The notes below the pieces were generated by a model. That model made no database searches. It saw only the letters and a program-made list of their open reading frames with translations, and was not told the DNA's origin. A DNA stretch of 63,853 nt, the filler included, from Octopus bimaculoides (taxonomy: Eukaryota): assembly GCF_001194135.2 (NCBI RefSeq). It is 5 parts of 5 records of this genome, joined end to end, with 100 filler letters (N's around TTAATTAATTAA, not from the genome) between each part and the next. Parts side by side here need not be neighbours in the genome. Positions count along the whole stretch, not along the records: positions 45,886 to 61,222 come from NC_068992.1; positions 61,323 to 62,450 come from NW_026305709.1; positions 62,551 to 63,853 come from NW_026401945.1; 2 more parts are not named here. One strand, given 5' to 3'. Below, piece by piece: positions 51,228 through 63,554 of the stretch (the first letter of the stretch is position 1; each line of letters opens with the position of its first letter). A program made the translations under genes and the position numbers.

Positions 51228-52143
51228 CCCCCCACACACACACACACACGCACGCACACGCACAGTTATAGGCAAAAGTTGAAAAGACAACACGAAATAT
51301 ATGTGAAGATACTTCTGCTTAAAAGAATTCTATGTGAACTATATCCTAATGTGCACAGAGAACTGCGAGAATATACAAAAGGGACATACGCATTCCTTCT
51401 TTATACGTTCTGTCAGATTCGAACGTGAACATGCCAATCGCTGTTGTATTTTATCTTCGGAGAACATCTATATGACGATGCCAGTGGTGACAACATAATA
51501 GATACTTCCTGATCAATGAAACGGAACAAAAGTCAAGGGTCTTGTTTACAAAATGCAGCAAAAAAATAAAGACTATTTGCTGATACGGGTTGACATCTGC
51601 TGAACTGATGAATTAATTGCCATGCACGCACAGACCAATTACGTACATATTCATTCTTAATATGTTCCGACATTTGCTAACTGCTGTAATATTTCGTCTT
51701 CGAAGAACAACTTTTCCTTTCGGACGATGTGTCGAGGTAAGGCGACTGCGACCTTGTTCAATCAATCAGTTAAAGCTACTCCGGATCGATGAACCTAAGC
51801 AAGAATTGAAGATCTTGTTTATAGAACTCAGTTGCAAATTATTTGTTGGTGCGAAAAATAATAATTATGATAATTATTGCTTTCACATATAGTGCTCATA
51901 TCAGAATTAAAGGCCTGCAGGTCACATCTTGCCATTTTGTGTTCACAGCAAATATATAGATTTCTTCCAGGTAAAAACCTGATCAATACCACATACTTAC
52001 CGTATGTTGTTTAAACAGCTGGAGCTGCAGTTTTTCGTCCTACAAAAAATCACTCTCAAGATGTATAGTAATCAAGAACGTAATATACTTCAAAGCTGGA
52101 TGAAATGATATCATCCAGAAGTGATGGTGGGAGCGATTGCTAC

Positions 52144-52164
52144 CGTATTTCGCCGTAGTTGCGG
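52144..52164 (-). other. Candidate 21-nt microexon, copy 1
   Basis: Minus strand gttgataag|ccgcaactacggcgaaatacg|gtagca. Confidence 0.4.
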
Positions 52165-52484
52165 CTTATCAACACAGTATACTCGTGTCATTTGTGAAAA
52201 GAAATCGAAATCTCTAATCTGAAGTATATATAAACGATGTATAAATATCTACTTGTTTGCAATGGCACCGCAATCAGAATCAATTTGAATTATGTCAATA
52301 AAGCAACACTATAATGAAAACATCATTAATATCATAATTTCAACGTGTATTGTTTAAACATCAGGAAAAGGAGTTTAACATGTAGGAAAAATTCCTTTAA
52401 AGACCTAGTGTTAAAAAGCATAATATAGTTCAGATCAAGGCGGAACAAAATCGCCCCAGAAACGACCACGGGTGCAACAGATAC

Positions 52485-52505
52485 CATATTTCGCCGTAGT
52501 TGTGG
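52485..52505 (-). other. Candidate 21-nt microexon, copy 2
   Basis: Minus strand ctttgcttttaaaaag|ccacaactacggcgaaatatg|gtatct; 19/21 identical to copy 1. Confidence 0.4.
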
Positions 52506-52975
52506 CTTTTTAAAAGCAAAGTTTGTTTCGTTATATGAAAAGGCAGAGCTTATGAACCTTTACATAGCATCTAAGCTTAGTGAGAGAATGGGAATTAGAT
52601 ATTGTCAGATCGGAAACTTTGTCCAAATGCATGCAACATTAGGAACTCTACAAAAAGTTCTCAGGGTGCCAGATAATGGCATTAAACCGGGCGATGCGTT
52701 ATGGCTAACACCCAAAATAGGCCACGGAGATTTGAGCTCAGAGTTCAAAAGCCCGAAGAAATACCAGAAGACATCCCGTCCAACGTTTTTATACTGCTGC
52801 TGTTCCGATGCATCTAAACTGGATCTTTATATTTACCCCGAAATTATGAACAATAAAGTTGACTTCGATGAGGTTTGAACTCAGAAAGTAATGAGTCGAA
52901 ATAAATATCTGTGAAGTCTTTCATCCAACGTTCTAGTGACTTCGCCAATCCGCCGCGATTGCATGTGTTCTTTCA

Positions 52976-53065
<90 letters not shown>

Positions 53066-53250
53066 CAGGTATTCATTTTTTCATAGATTATTAAGATCAC
53101 ACACACATATACATACATATATAAATAAAATACACACACATATATATATGCGCAAATACGCACAAACATACAAATACACACATGATTTCATATACCAGAC
53201 GCCTACATCAGAGCAGTCCCCACGTACATAAAATCGCACAGATACATACA

Positions 53251-53285
<35 letters not shown>

Positions 53286-53491
53286 TTACACATACCACCA
53301 CCACCAACAACAACAACAACAACAACAGCAGCAACAATAACAACTCCTACTGCTACTGCATCAGCAACATTACCGACATAATAACCTCACCATCACCACG
53401 ACCACCACCATCACGATTACAACCTACACTACATACCACCGCCATCACCCCTCCCCCTCTATCACAACCATTACTCCTCCTCCTCCTCCTC

Positions 53492-53537
<46 letters not shown>

Positions 53538-54039
53538 ATTCATAACCACTATCACCCAACACAAGTACCAGCACATGCTCTGATGTAATCATAATAGTCT
53601 TCGCTTCCAAACCACGCATCATCGTCATCATCNNNNNNNNNNNNNNNNNNNNNNNNNNNNNNNNNNNNNNNNNNNNNNNNNNNNNNNNNNNNNNNNNNNN
53701 NNNNNNNNNNNNNNNNNNNNNNNNNNNNNNNNNNNNNNNNNNNNNNNNNNNNNNNNNNNNNNNNNNNNNNNNNNNNNNNNNNNNNNNNNNNNNNNNNNNN
53801 NNNNNNNNNNNNNNNNNNNNNNNNNNNNNNNNNNNNNNNNNNNNNNNNNNNNNNNNNNNNNNNNNNNNNNNNNNNNNNNNNNNNNNNNNNNNNNNNNNNN
53901 NNNNNNNNNNNNNNNNNNNNNNNNNNNNNNNNNNNNNNNNNNNNNNNNNNNNNNNNNNNNNNNNNNNNNNNNNNNNNNNNNNNNNNNNNNNNNNNNNNNN
54001 NNNNNNNNNNNNNNNNNNNNNNNNNNNNNNNNNNNNNNN

Positions 54040-54101
<62 letters not shown>

Positions 54102-54280
54102 TGTGATAACCCAGCCTACTACTTTGATACGCTACAGCATAACACATCATCAAAGTATATCGCATAACTTTATGGTTTTATGGTTATACAACCACACTTC
54201 GTCCTTTCACCTATCTATAACGTGGCTTTATGGTCTATCCGCGTGCCGCTTGCATTACATACATATGCGTATATGTTTCT

Positions 54281-54321
<41 letters not shown>

Positions 54322-54547
54322 GGAGGTGCGTGTAAGCGTATATATATGGATGTGTGGCTTTGAAACCTTGTGGTCTCGGGTTCGGTCCCACTAAGTGGTA
54401 CCTCGGGCAAGTGTATAATAAAACGGCCCCGGTTCAAGAAATCCCCTGTTAATTTGATGTACAGAAAACGTGGAAGCTCGTTGTATTTATATAAGCATGA
54501 GAGCGCGCGATTGGGTGTATTTACATATATATACATACATATATACA

Positions 54548-54583
<36 letters not shown>

Positions 54584-55162
54584 TAAACAAACATGAATAA
54601 TATACATGTGCAATTACATACAGTTAGTAATATGATTTTTACAGAATATATACTTATTCNNNNNNNNNNNNNNNNNNNNNNNNNNNNNNNNNNNNNNNNN
54701 NNNNNNNNNNNNNNNNNNNNNNNNNNNNNNNNNNNNNNNNNNNNNNNNNNNNNNNNNNNNNNNNNNNNNNNNNNNNNNNNNNNNNNNNNNNNNNNNNNNN
54801 NNNNNNNNNNNNNNNNNNNNNNNNNNNNNNNNNNNNNNNNNNNNNNNNNNNNNNNNNNNNNNNNNNNNNNNNNNNNNNNNNNNNNNNNNNNNNNNNNNNN
54901 NNNNNNNNNNNNNNNNNNNNNNNNNNNNNNNNNNNNNNNNNNNNNNNNNNNNNNNNNNNNNNNNNNNNNNNNNNNNNNNNNNNNNNNNNNNNNNNNNNNN
55001 NNNNNNNNNNNNNNNNNNNNNNNNNNNNNNNNNNNNNNNNNNNNNNNNNNNNNNNNNNNNNNNNNNNNNNNNNNNNNNNNNNNNNNNNNNNNNNNNNNNN
55101 NNNNNNNNNNNNNNNNNNNNNNNNNNNNNNNNNNNNNNNNNNNNNNNNNNNNNNNNNNNNNN

Positions 55163-55212
<50 letters not shown>

Positions 55213-55891
55213 CGTGTGTGTGTGTGTGGGTGTGTGTGTATAATGTCGACCACTAAGTGGACAGTTAATGTGCTAGAAGAAGAAGACATGTAATGTGTGT
55301 ACTAAGACCTAATACTTCTCTAAAGAAATTCAGCGAAATACTAAACCGTATGCGGGCAAGACAGAGAAAATTACATAAATGAAACATTATTATTCGTGGA
55401 CCGGTTTCGAAATTAATACTCTCTTACCGAAAATATCTGTTTCTCTTCAGCACGATTTGTAAGGAAATCATAATTCTCAGAATGTTATACAAGTTGTTCA
55501 CCCCTAGAGGCGAACGCATATATGGTTCTGCTAATTACAACTTTATGGTAAAAATCAAATGTCTTCGTTTTGGCGCGCTAATTCCGGAAATATATCTCTG
55601 CAGAAAATGTTTACTGCGTCACATATATCCACTTTGAGAACTTGGTTATGGTTAATCAAATTAAAACATGTTGCACGCGCGCAAACACACACACATTATG
55701 GGACGGTTTCTATATTAACGGTGGTAAAGTATGCAGAGTGAAACCATTTAGCAGACTGGCCTTGAACTTTGTCGAGCACGCGCACTAAGTTGTAAGGTTC
55801 TCGCTCCCTTCCGTTGTTTCTAGCAGTGCACTAATGTAGTATGGGTAGAGTTTGGTTGTCTCATCATATGGCATAGGTTCCACTAGAAATC

Positions 55892-56760
55892 ATGGCAGAT
55901 AACACCGAGCAGAGAATCTGCTTCAAATGTTGCCAAAAGCTTGGTGATACCTGTACAGAGACCTACTCAAAGCTGCTGAAAGTGTATGGAGAGGATTGTG
56001 TGAGTCGGACATGAGTAGACGAGTGGTTCAAACGTTTCCAAGATGGCCAACAAAATATCGAGAGCGATGCACGTTCTGGGAGATCTGCAAAAAGCAGAAC
56101 TGACGAAGACATCGCAGATGTGCTTGTAGCTGTTTAGAAAGACCGTCAGATCACCGTATGTGGGTGGTCAGAGGATGTGAACATTAGTTACCGATCAGTT
56201 CAGTTCGTTCTCACAGAAGATTTGGATATGGAACGTGTGTCTCTCAAGTTTGTGCCAAAACTAAGGTAAAGGTAAAGTTACCTTCTCGCGTCATAGCGAC
56301 ACATAAGGGCTGGTTTCCCGGTTTCATGGAATGTATATTCCCCACTTGGACAGGACGCTGATGCGTCATAGGATTACTCATTTTTGTCAGCCGAGTGTAC
56401 TGGAGCAATGTGAAATTAAATGTTTTGCTCAAGAATACAATGCGTCGCCCGGTCCAGGAATCGAAACCATAATCTTACGATCATGAGTCCAACACTCAAA
56501 CCACTAAGCCACACGTCTCCACTATGTGCCAAACCAGGTTTTAGCTGCCCAAAAGGACCAGGTTTCATCAGCCTAGGGTCTTCTTGATTGTGTCGAGGAA
56601 GACGAAAACTTATTGAAAATGGTCATAACAAGTGAAGAATCAAGGATCAGTCTTCGCAATGGAAGGCCCCCAATCTTTCCGAGAATGCAGAAAGCACGAA
56701 TAGGTCGAAGCAATATGAAGACACTATTCAGAGCATTCTTTGACTACAAAAGCATTGTGA
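55892..56760 (+). pseudogene. Degenerate mariner transposase (N-terminal half), split by a SINE
   Basis: EQRICFKCCQKLG...KVYGEDCVSRT*VDEWFKRFQDG..ESDARSGR...LTEDLDMERVSLKFVPKL, then ...VITSEES...SSQW...FFDYKSIV. Confidence 0.88.
56260..56524 (-). mobile_element. tRNA-headed SINE with (TTTACC)n tail, inserted in the mariner
   Basis: TGGCTTAGTGG and GGTTTCGATTCC boxes; tail taactttacctttacctt. TSD tgtgccaaa at 56251-59 and 56525-33. Confidence 0.88.
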
Positions 56761-58155
56761 TGATGACGATGTCCTAAAAACACTATATCCCCGCTGAAAT
56801 CCGATAAACATAAAAGAAAAAAACAACATATACACACAAGCAAGCAATAGTGACGATGATGACGACGCCGACGACGACGGATAGTCACGACAGATGATGA
56901 AGTTGGATGATGATGACGACGACGATGATGGTGATGACGACGACGACGACGGATAACGATGTCAGATAATGAAAGTGTGTAATGATGGCTATCATGGTGA
57001 CGTAGCTGACGGCGGCGGCGGCCATAATGACAACGACGATAGATGATGACGAGGACGACCACCACNNNNNNNNNNNNNNNNNNNNNNNNNNNNNNNNNNN
57101 NNNNNNNNNNNNNNNNNNNNNNNNNNNNNNNNNNNNNNNNNNNNNNNNNNNNNNNNNNNNNNNNNNNNNNNNNNNNNNNNNNNNNNNNNNNNNNNNNNNN
57201 NNNNNNNNNNNNNNNNNNNNNNNNNNNNNNNNNNNNNNNNNNNNNNNNNNNNNNNNNNNNNNNNNNNNNNNNNNNNNNNNNNNNNNNNNNNNNNNNNNNN
57301 NNNNNNNNNNNNNNNNNNNNNNNNNNNNNNNNNNNNNNNNNNNNNNNNNNNNNNNNNNNNNNNNNNNNNNNNNNNNNNNNNNNNNNNNNNNNNNNNNNNN
57401 NNNNNNNNNNNNNNNNNNNNNNNNNNNNNNNNNNNNNNNNNNNNNNNNNNNNNNNNNNNNNNNNNNNNNNNNNNNNNNNNNNNNNNNNNNNNNNNNNNNN
57501 NNNNNNNNNNNNNNNNNNNNNNNNNNNNNNNNNNNNNNNNNNNNNNNNNNNNNNNNNNNNNNNNNNNNNNNNNNNNNNNNNNNNNNNNNNNNNNNNNNNN
57601 NNNNNNNNNNNNNNNNNNNNNNNNNNNNNNNNNNNNNNNNNNNNNNNNNNNNNNNNNNNNNNNNNNNNNNNNNNNNNNNNNNNNNNNNNNNNNNNNNNNN
57701 NNNNNNNNNNNNNNNNNNNNNNNNNNNNNNNNNNNNNNNNNNNNNNNNNNNNNNNNNNNNNNNNNNNNNNNNNNNNNNNNNNNNNNNNNNNNNNNNNNNN
57801 NNNNNNNNNNNNNNNNNNNNNNNNNNNNNNNNNNNNNNNNNNNNNNNNNNNNNNNNNNNNNNNNNNNNNNNNNNNNNNNNNNNNNNNNNNNNNNNNNNNN
57901 NNNNNNNNNNNNNNNNNNNNNNNNNNNNNNNNNNNNNNNNNNNNNNNNNNNNNNNNNNNNNNNNNNNNNNNNNNNNNNNNNNNNNNNNNNNNNNNNNNNN
58001 NNNNNNNNTATACATGCAAACATACGTGCATACACACATGCATGAACATACATACACACATATACGCACAAGTACATACATACATAAGCTTGCGGGGGTT
58101 TTAAGCAAGTACATCTGCTTAAGGGCTACACACCACACATAGGCACTCTTACACA

Positions 58156-58199
<44 letters not shown>

Positions 58200-58691
58200 A
58201 CACACACACACACACACACTCACGCACACACACTCTGTCTGTCTGCCTGTCTGTCTGCCTGTCTCTCTCTCACACACATACTTACACACACATGCATATA
58301 CATATACACGGGTCGTGTTCAACTTCATTGCGTTAGCAAATGTCAGCGTTTTACAATTATTTTATCTGTCTGTGTATGGCATATATCATGTATATGAATG
58401 CATGCATATGTTTATGCATGCGTGTGTATATGTGAACATGTGAATGTATTTGCATATCTGTGCGTGTATGTGTGTATGCGAATGTGTGAATGTAAGAGAG
58501 CATAAGTGTGCTTGTAGATACGAGTTTTGAAAGTATATGAATAAATTTTAAACATCAAATATCATTTCATGTATGTGACCGACTGCTTATCTTGCAATAC
58601 TGAGTTCAGAATAATTGCATGTTATTTACAGAGATGCATACAAACATATATACATCCAGGCATACATCACGCACACGCATACATATACACG

Positions 58692-58729
<38 letters not shown>

Positions 58730-58825
58730 TATAGATAGATAGATACATATAAACATACATATATACATACATACATACATACACACACAGAGAGATAGAT
58801 ATAAGTAGATAGATAGATATACATA

Positions 58826-59190
58826 TTGTTGTTGGCACTCCAGTTGATCCGATCAACGGAACAGCCTGCTCGTGAAATTAACGTGCAAGTGGCTGAGCAC
58901 TCCACAGACACGTGTACCCTTAACGTAGTTCTCGGGGATATTCAGCGTGACACAGTCTGACAAGGCTGACCCTTTGAATTACAGGCACAACAGAAACAGG
59001 AAGTAAGAGTGAGAGAAAGTTGTGGTGAAAGAGTACAGCAGGGTTCACCACCATCCCCTGCCGGAGCCTCGTGGAGCTTTTAGGTATTTTCGCTCAATAA
59101 ACACTCACAACGCTCGGTCTGGGAATCGAAACCGTGATCCTATGACCACGAGTCCGCTTCCCTAACCACTGGGCCATTGCGCCTCCACAT
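58826..59190 (-). mobile_element. SINE family B, near-identical to 6850-7243, with a small deletion near the tail
   Basis: Reverse complement gtggaggcgcaatggcccagtggttagggaagcgg...; the segment between tgga and cgga (gga microhomology) is missing. Confidence 0.92.
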
Positions 59191-59719
59191 TTTATATCTA
59201 GAAGGGTGTTATCTAAGTGTAGATTTAGGGTTGATTTGTATAGCTAAAACTCCCGACTTCACGATAGGTGAAAGCATTCTACTATATCGTATACAATGAC
59301 CTGGTTTTATGAGTAAATTCTGCATATCTTATATTTCTAAATTATATTTTAACTTAGGACCGTTAACTGTATAAATATTTCATAGAAATTTGTTCCTGTT
59401 TACTTCGCTTAAGGCTGGTGGATGAAATATACCCTGGCCTAGTTTATTACCAAGCAAACAAGATTCGAAATTTAAAGCTTAGGGGCATCCTAGGGTCAAT
59501 CTGATAACAGATTTTATAACCATATCAAGTGTCAAACTATTATCTCTCCTGTTATTTGCACTAAAAATTAACGTCCCCTACTAAAATATACTCTCGAAAT
59601 CATCATACTTCGCTTCAAATGATAATAGGGACAACACCTTAAATAAAGGTGCATGTCCTTGATGAAGACACAGGCTGCAAGTGAAAACTGCATTACGAGT
59701 TATCTATGCAGCAGAAACA

Positions 59720-59945
59720 TAGGCACAAAGCCTAAAATTTGGCGGGAGGGGACTAATTAATTACATCGAAGCCAGTGTTTCATTGTTAATTAATTTATCG
59801 ACCCCGAAAGGATTAAAGGCATTGTCGACCTCGGCAGAATTTGAACGCAGGACGTAGCGACGGACGAAATACCGCTAAGCATTTCGTCAAGCGTGCTAAC
59901 GATTCTGCCAGCTCGCTGTGTTGCCAGCTCGTCGCCTAAGCAACT
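59720..59945 (-). mobile_element. SINE family A
   Basis: ttatcgaccccgaaagg...gtcgacctcggcagaatttgaac...gattctgccagctcg. Confidence 0.85.
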
Positions 59946-60237
59946 GTAATAATAGAAATTGTGTAATAGTGAAAATTGTATAGGCGCAGACGTGGCTGTG
60001 GGGTAAGAAGCTTGCTTTCCAACCATATGGGTCCGGGTTCAGTCTCACTGTGTGGCAGCTTGGGCAGGTGTGCTCCACTATGGCCTCAGGTCGACTAAAG
60101 CCTTGTGAGTGGAATTGGTAGACGGAAACTGAAATATATATGTATGTATGTATGTATGTATATATGTATGTGTGTATGTATCTATGTAGAAGATTGAAAA
60201 GGAACACACGAGTTGATATGTATAAGGAAAATAAGAC

Positions 60238-60531
60238 AAGGTAGAAAATGCAAAAATAATTTTTTATCACGAAGAACATTTTAGTACCGGTTTCACTTAT
60301 TGCGACTTTTTCAACTTGAGTAAAGTATGAAAAACAATTAAATTGTGGAAAAATTAAATGAAATGTTCTTTTAAAAACTATAGAAATATAGATTTTAAAA
60401 AAACATTTCAAGTAATTTTTCCACAATCTAATCGTTTTTCATACTTTACTCAAGTTGAAAAAGTCGCAATAAGTGAAACCGGTACTAAAATGTTCTTCGT
60501 GATAAAAAATTATTTTTGCATTTTCTACCTT
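60238..60531. repeat. 294-bp foldback: 145-bp arms and a GAAA loop
   Basis: 60238-60335 is the exact reverse complement of 60434-60531. The inner 47 bp have 6 mismatches and no indels. Confidence 0.95.
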
Positions 60532-60589
60532 TTGTTTAAGAATAATTCCTTCATACACACACACACTTTTTATCTTTTTTTACTTGTTT

Positions 60590-60850
60590 TTTGTTTCAGT
60601 CATTAGATAGCAGCCATAAGGGAACACCGACTTCAAGAATCTTATTCGAACGAGTCGATCCCAATGCTTTTTTAAAAGCCTTGTACTTATTTTCTTGGTA
60701 TTTTGCCGAACCGTTAAGTTACGGGGACGTAACCATGCCAGCACCAGTTGTCAAGTGGATTTCTTACCGTTTCCGTTTAAGAAATCCACTTCGGTCGGCC
60801 TGAGGTTATTATAGATGACACTTGCCCAAGGTGCCACGCAATGGAACTGA
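60590..60850 (-). mobile_element. SINE family C, degraded; a convergent partner lies at 59985-60135 (+)
   Basis: cacttgcccaaggtgccacgcaatggaactgaac; ttttgccgaaccgttaagttacgggg. Confidence 0.75.
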
Positions 60851-61049
60851 ACAAGACATAATCCTTTCTTTTAGAAGCACAAGGCCTGAAATTTTGGTGG
60901 CGGGGGTGACCAGTCGATTACAGCGATTTTTACGTTACCGGAATTAACAAACTTGTAACTTGGTAAAAATGTGTTGATTGTAATGACACTTACAAAACGT
61001 TGCTTACTCTTTGCTCAGCCTGATATCTAATTTTATGTGTGTGTGTGTT

Positions 61050-61115
61050 TAGCCTAATGGATAAGGTGTCAGCCTCCAGAGCCGAAGACTGTTGGTTCAG
61101 TTCCTATCAGGGGTG
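61050..61115 (+). pseudogene. tRNA pseudogene, Arg-type body, anticodon now CCA (probably decayed from CCG)
   Basis: TAGCCTAATGGATAAGG D-arm typical of tRNA-Arg; anticodon arm tcagc-CTCCAGA-gccga; degenerate T-arm ggttcagttcc; 5' acceptor strand replaced by (GT)n. Confidence 0.7.
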
Positions 61116-61138
61116 ATATTAAAAAAGTATAGATATAT

Positions 61139-61170
<32 letters not shown>

Positions 61171-61322
61171 GTATATACATACATACATACATACATACAT
61201 ACAACCATATATATATATATATNNNNNNNNNNNNNNNNNNNNNNNNNNNNNNNNNNNNNNNNNNNNTTAATTAATTAANNNNNNNNNNNNNNNNNNNNNN
61301 NNNNNNNNNNNNNNNNNNNNNN

Positions 61323-62148
61323 AGTTGCAAAGAAGGTTAAATCAATAGCAAAGCAAAATGCATTTGAACAATTGACTGATACGTGGGAACAAAATCCTCT
61401 GTATGGCAAATATGTGGCCCGTACCAAACAGCTGATGTAGACCAAAAGCACACCCATCAGTGGCTACGGAGCTAAGGACTAAAGACAGAGAATGTTGTAG
61501 ACCCAAAGTGTCGATACTGCAACGATGTGATAGAAACAGCGAACCACCTGATCTCTGGATGTAAGGTCTTAGCACATGTAGAGTACAAATCAAGACATGA
61601 CAGAGTACACCAATATCTACACAATATCTAATATGTCGGTATTATAAAATCAAACTGCTGACAAATGGTAGATGCACCACCCTAAGACTATAACTGAGGG
61701 AGAAAATGTAACTATTCTTTAGGACTTCCCAGTATGTACGGAGCGGACCGTTAAAGCAAACAAATCAGATATCGTTGTGAAAGACCAACACAATAAATAT
61801 TGTGGCCATAATATCTCGGCAAAAGAATTTGATAAGCTCAGAAAATTTAAAGATTTGCCCATCGAAATCGAATAGATGTGGCACCTCAAGACGGTTAGAA
61901 TACCAGTGGTTGTAGGAGCACTTGGAATGATCAAAAAAAGGAACTGAAAATTATTTAAGAATGATCTTTGGTTTACCATTCGTAGTGGAAATGCAAAAGA
62001 TTGTCTTAACTGGTACGTCAGACGTATTGAAAAGAGTATTGTCGCTGTGAATTTTCTTTCCCTTTTCCCCCAGGAAGACACTCGGAAAAAATGGAAACAG
62101 AACTGAAAGAAGATGATAATGAAAATAATGATAATAATAATAATAATA

Positions 62149-62150
<2 letters not shown>
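61323..62150 (+). mobile_element. R4/Dong-like non-LTR 3' end: CCHC knuckle, REL endonuclease, 3'UTR, (AAT)n tail
   Basis: KCRYCNDVIETANHLISGC...RHDRV...ANKSDIVV...KEFDKLRKFKDL...IPVVVGALG; stop at 62048-50. Confidence 0.9.
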
Positions 62151-62190
<40 letters not shown>

Positions 62191-62450
62191 GTTCAGTAGT
62201 TTTATTTTTATAACGTGCTTTCACTTCACTACCGAGCGCAGCTCTGTGCGCCTTGGGTATGTGCTGTGGTTTGCTGTGGTGCTCTTATGTTTACTGTATT
62301 GAAAGTGTTTTGCGTAGAATGTGTGCAGTACTCAGTAGTGCAATTTTATGTATGTTATATATATTTGTAAGTCCTGGTGTTTTTGTTATGTATTTGTCTG
62401 AATATTTCTTTTATTATACCTAAGGCACCTACTATGATAGGAATTGTTTC
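62151..62450 (-). mobile_element. Second, distinct R4/Dong-like 3' end
   Basis: ETIPIIVGALGIIKKYSDKYITKTPGLTNIYNIHKIALLSTAHILRKTLSIQ* then 3'UTR and (AAT)n on minus. Confidence 0.88.
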
Positions 62451-62574
62451 NNNNNNNNNNNNNNNNNNNNNNNNNNNNNNNNNNNNNNNNNNNNTTAATT
62501 AATTAANNNNNNNNNNNNNNNNNNNNNNNNNNNNNNNNNNNNNNNNNNNNACATATATATATATACACACAGAC

Positions 62575-63390
62575 ACATCAAAAAGACCCGGGATTAGTTC
62601 TGCAGCGCGCCAACGGAGGGTCACACAAGGTTGCGTGCGCAGTGAGACCTAGCAGTAATCTGCATGAGCCACTGTGCCGAATGATATCGCTTTTTTTTTT
62701 CTTTGCAAGTTGTGAAATTTGTGTTTTTGTGATCTCGTGTATGAGTTTTTTGTCATGGAGAAGAAGTGAGAAGAAAGAGCCACGGTGAAATTTTGCGTTA
62801 ACCTTGAGAAGTCTGTACAGAGATATTGGGTATGCTTCGAGCAATGGGTCGTACGGAATGTTTTGAGTGGTACCGGCGCCCGAGTGAGCCACAGCTCTAT
62901 CAAGAGCATGCTCATCGTTTTTTTGCGACATCCGTGCTATAGGACTCGAGAATTCGTCCTCCAGAGAACGACCGTCAATCGAAAGTTCTACTTCGATGTT
63001 TTACAGTACTTGAAGGAAGACATTCAGCGGAAGCGACTGGATCTGTGGTACGCGAAGTATTGGATTCTTCACTACGACACTGCACCCTGTTTCTGAGCTG
63101 TCTTCACTCGGGAATTTCTCGCTAAAATCATCATAGCTGCGCTTTCGGATTTGCCCTGTTCGCGAGATTTAGTACATTCGGATTTCCATCTCTTCTCCAA
63201 AATGAAAATACAGCTCAAAGGTAACTGTTTTAACACCATTGTCGAGATCCGAATTGAATGTTCCCGACTCGCTTACGGAAAACGACTTGTAGGCCGGTTT
63301 CCAAAAGTGGCGCGACTCGGGGACCAGTGTATAGCAGCGTAAGTTAACTATTTGGAAGGAAATAATGTTAAAACTTAAGTAAATATGTTA
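62575..63390 (+). mobile_element. Internally deleted mariner element
   Basis: RATVKFCVNLEKS...TVNRKFYFDVLQYLKEDIQRKRLDLW..WILHYDTAP (HDNAP) and CSRDLVHSDFHLFSKMK (YSPDLAPSDF). Confidence 0.88.
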
Positions 63391-63554
63391 TTTTATATTA
63401 AACATAACTACATCGTGCACATATGGTAGTGATGCATGTGCCTGGTGTACCCTTATCAGACGGGTAGTCATGATGGGTATACTGGGCTTCGTATATTTTA
63501 CCCCAGTGTCACTTAGATGGCATGCCCTAATCTCTGACTCAATAATAATGATAA

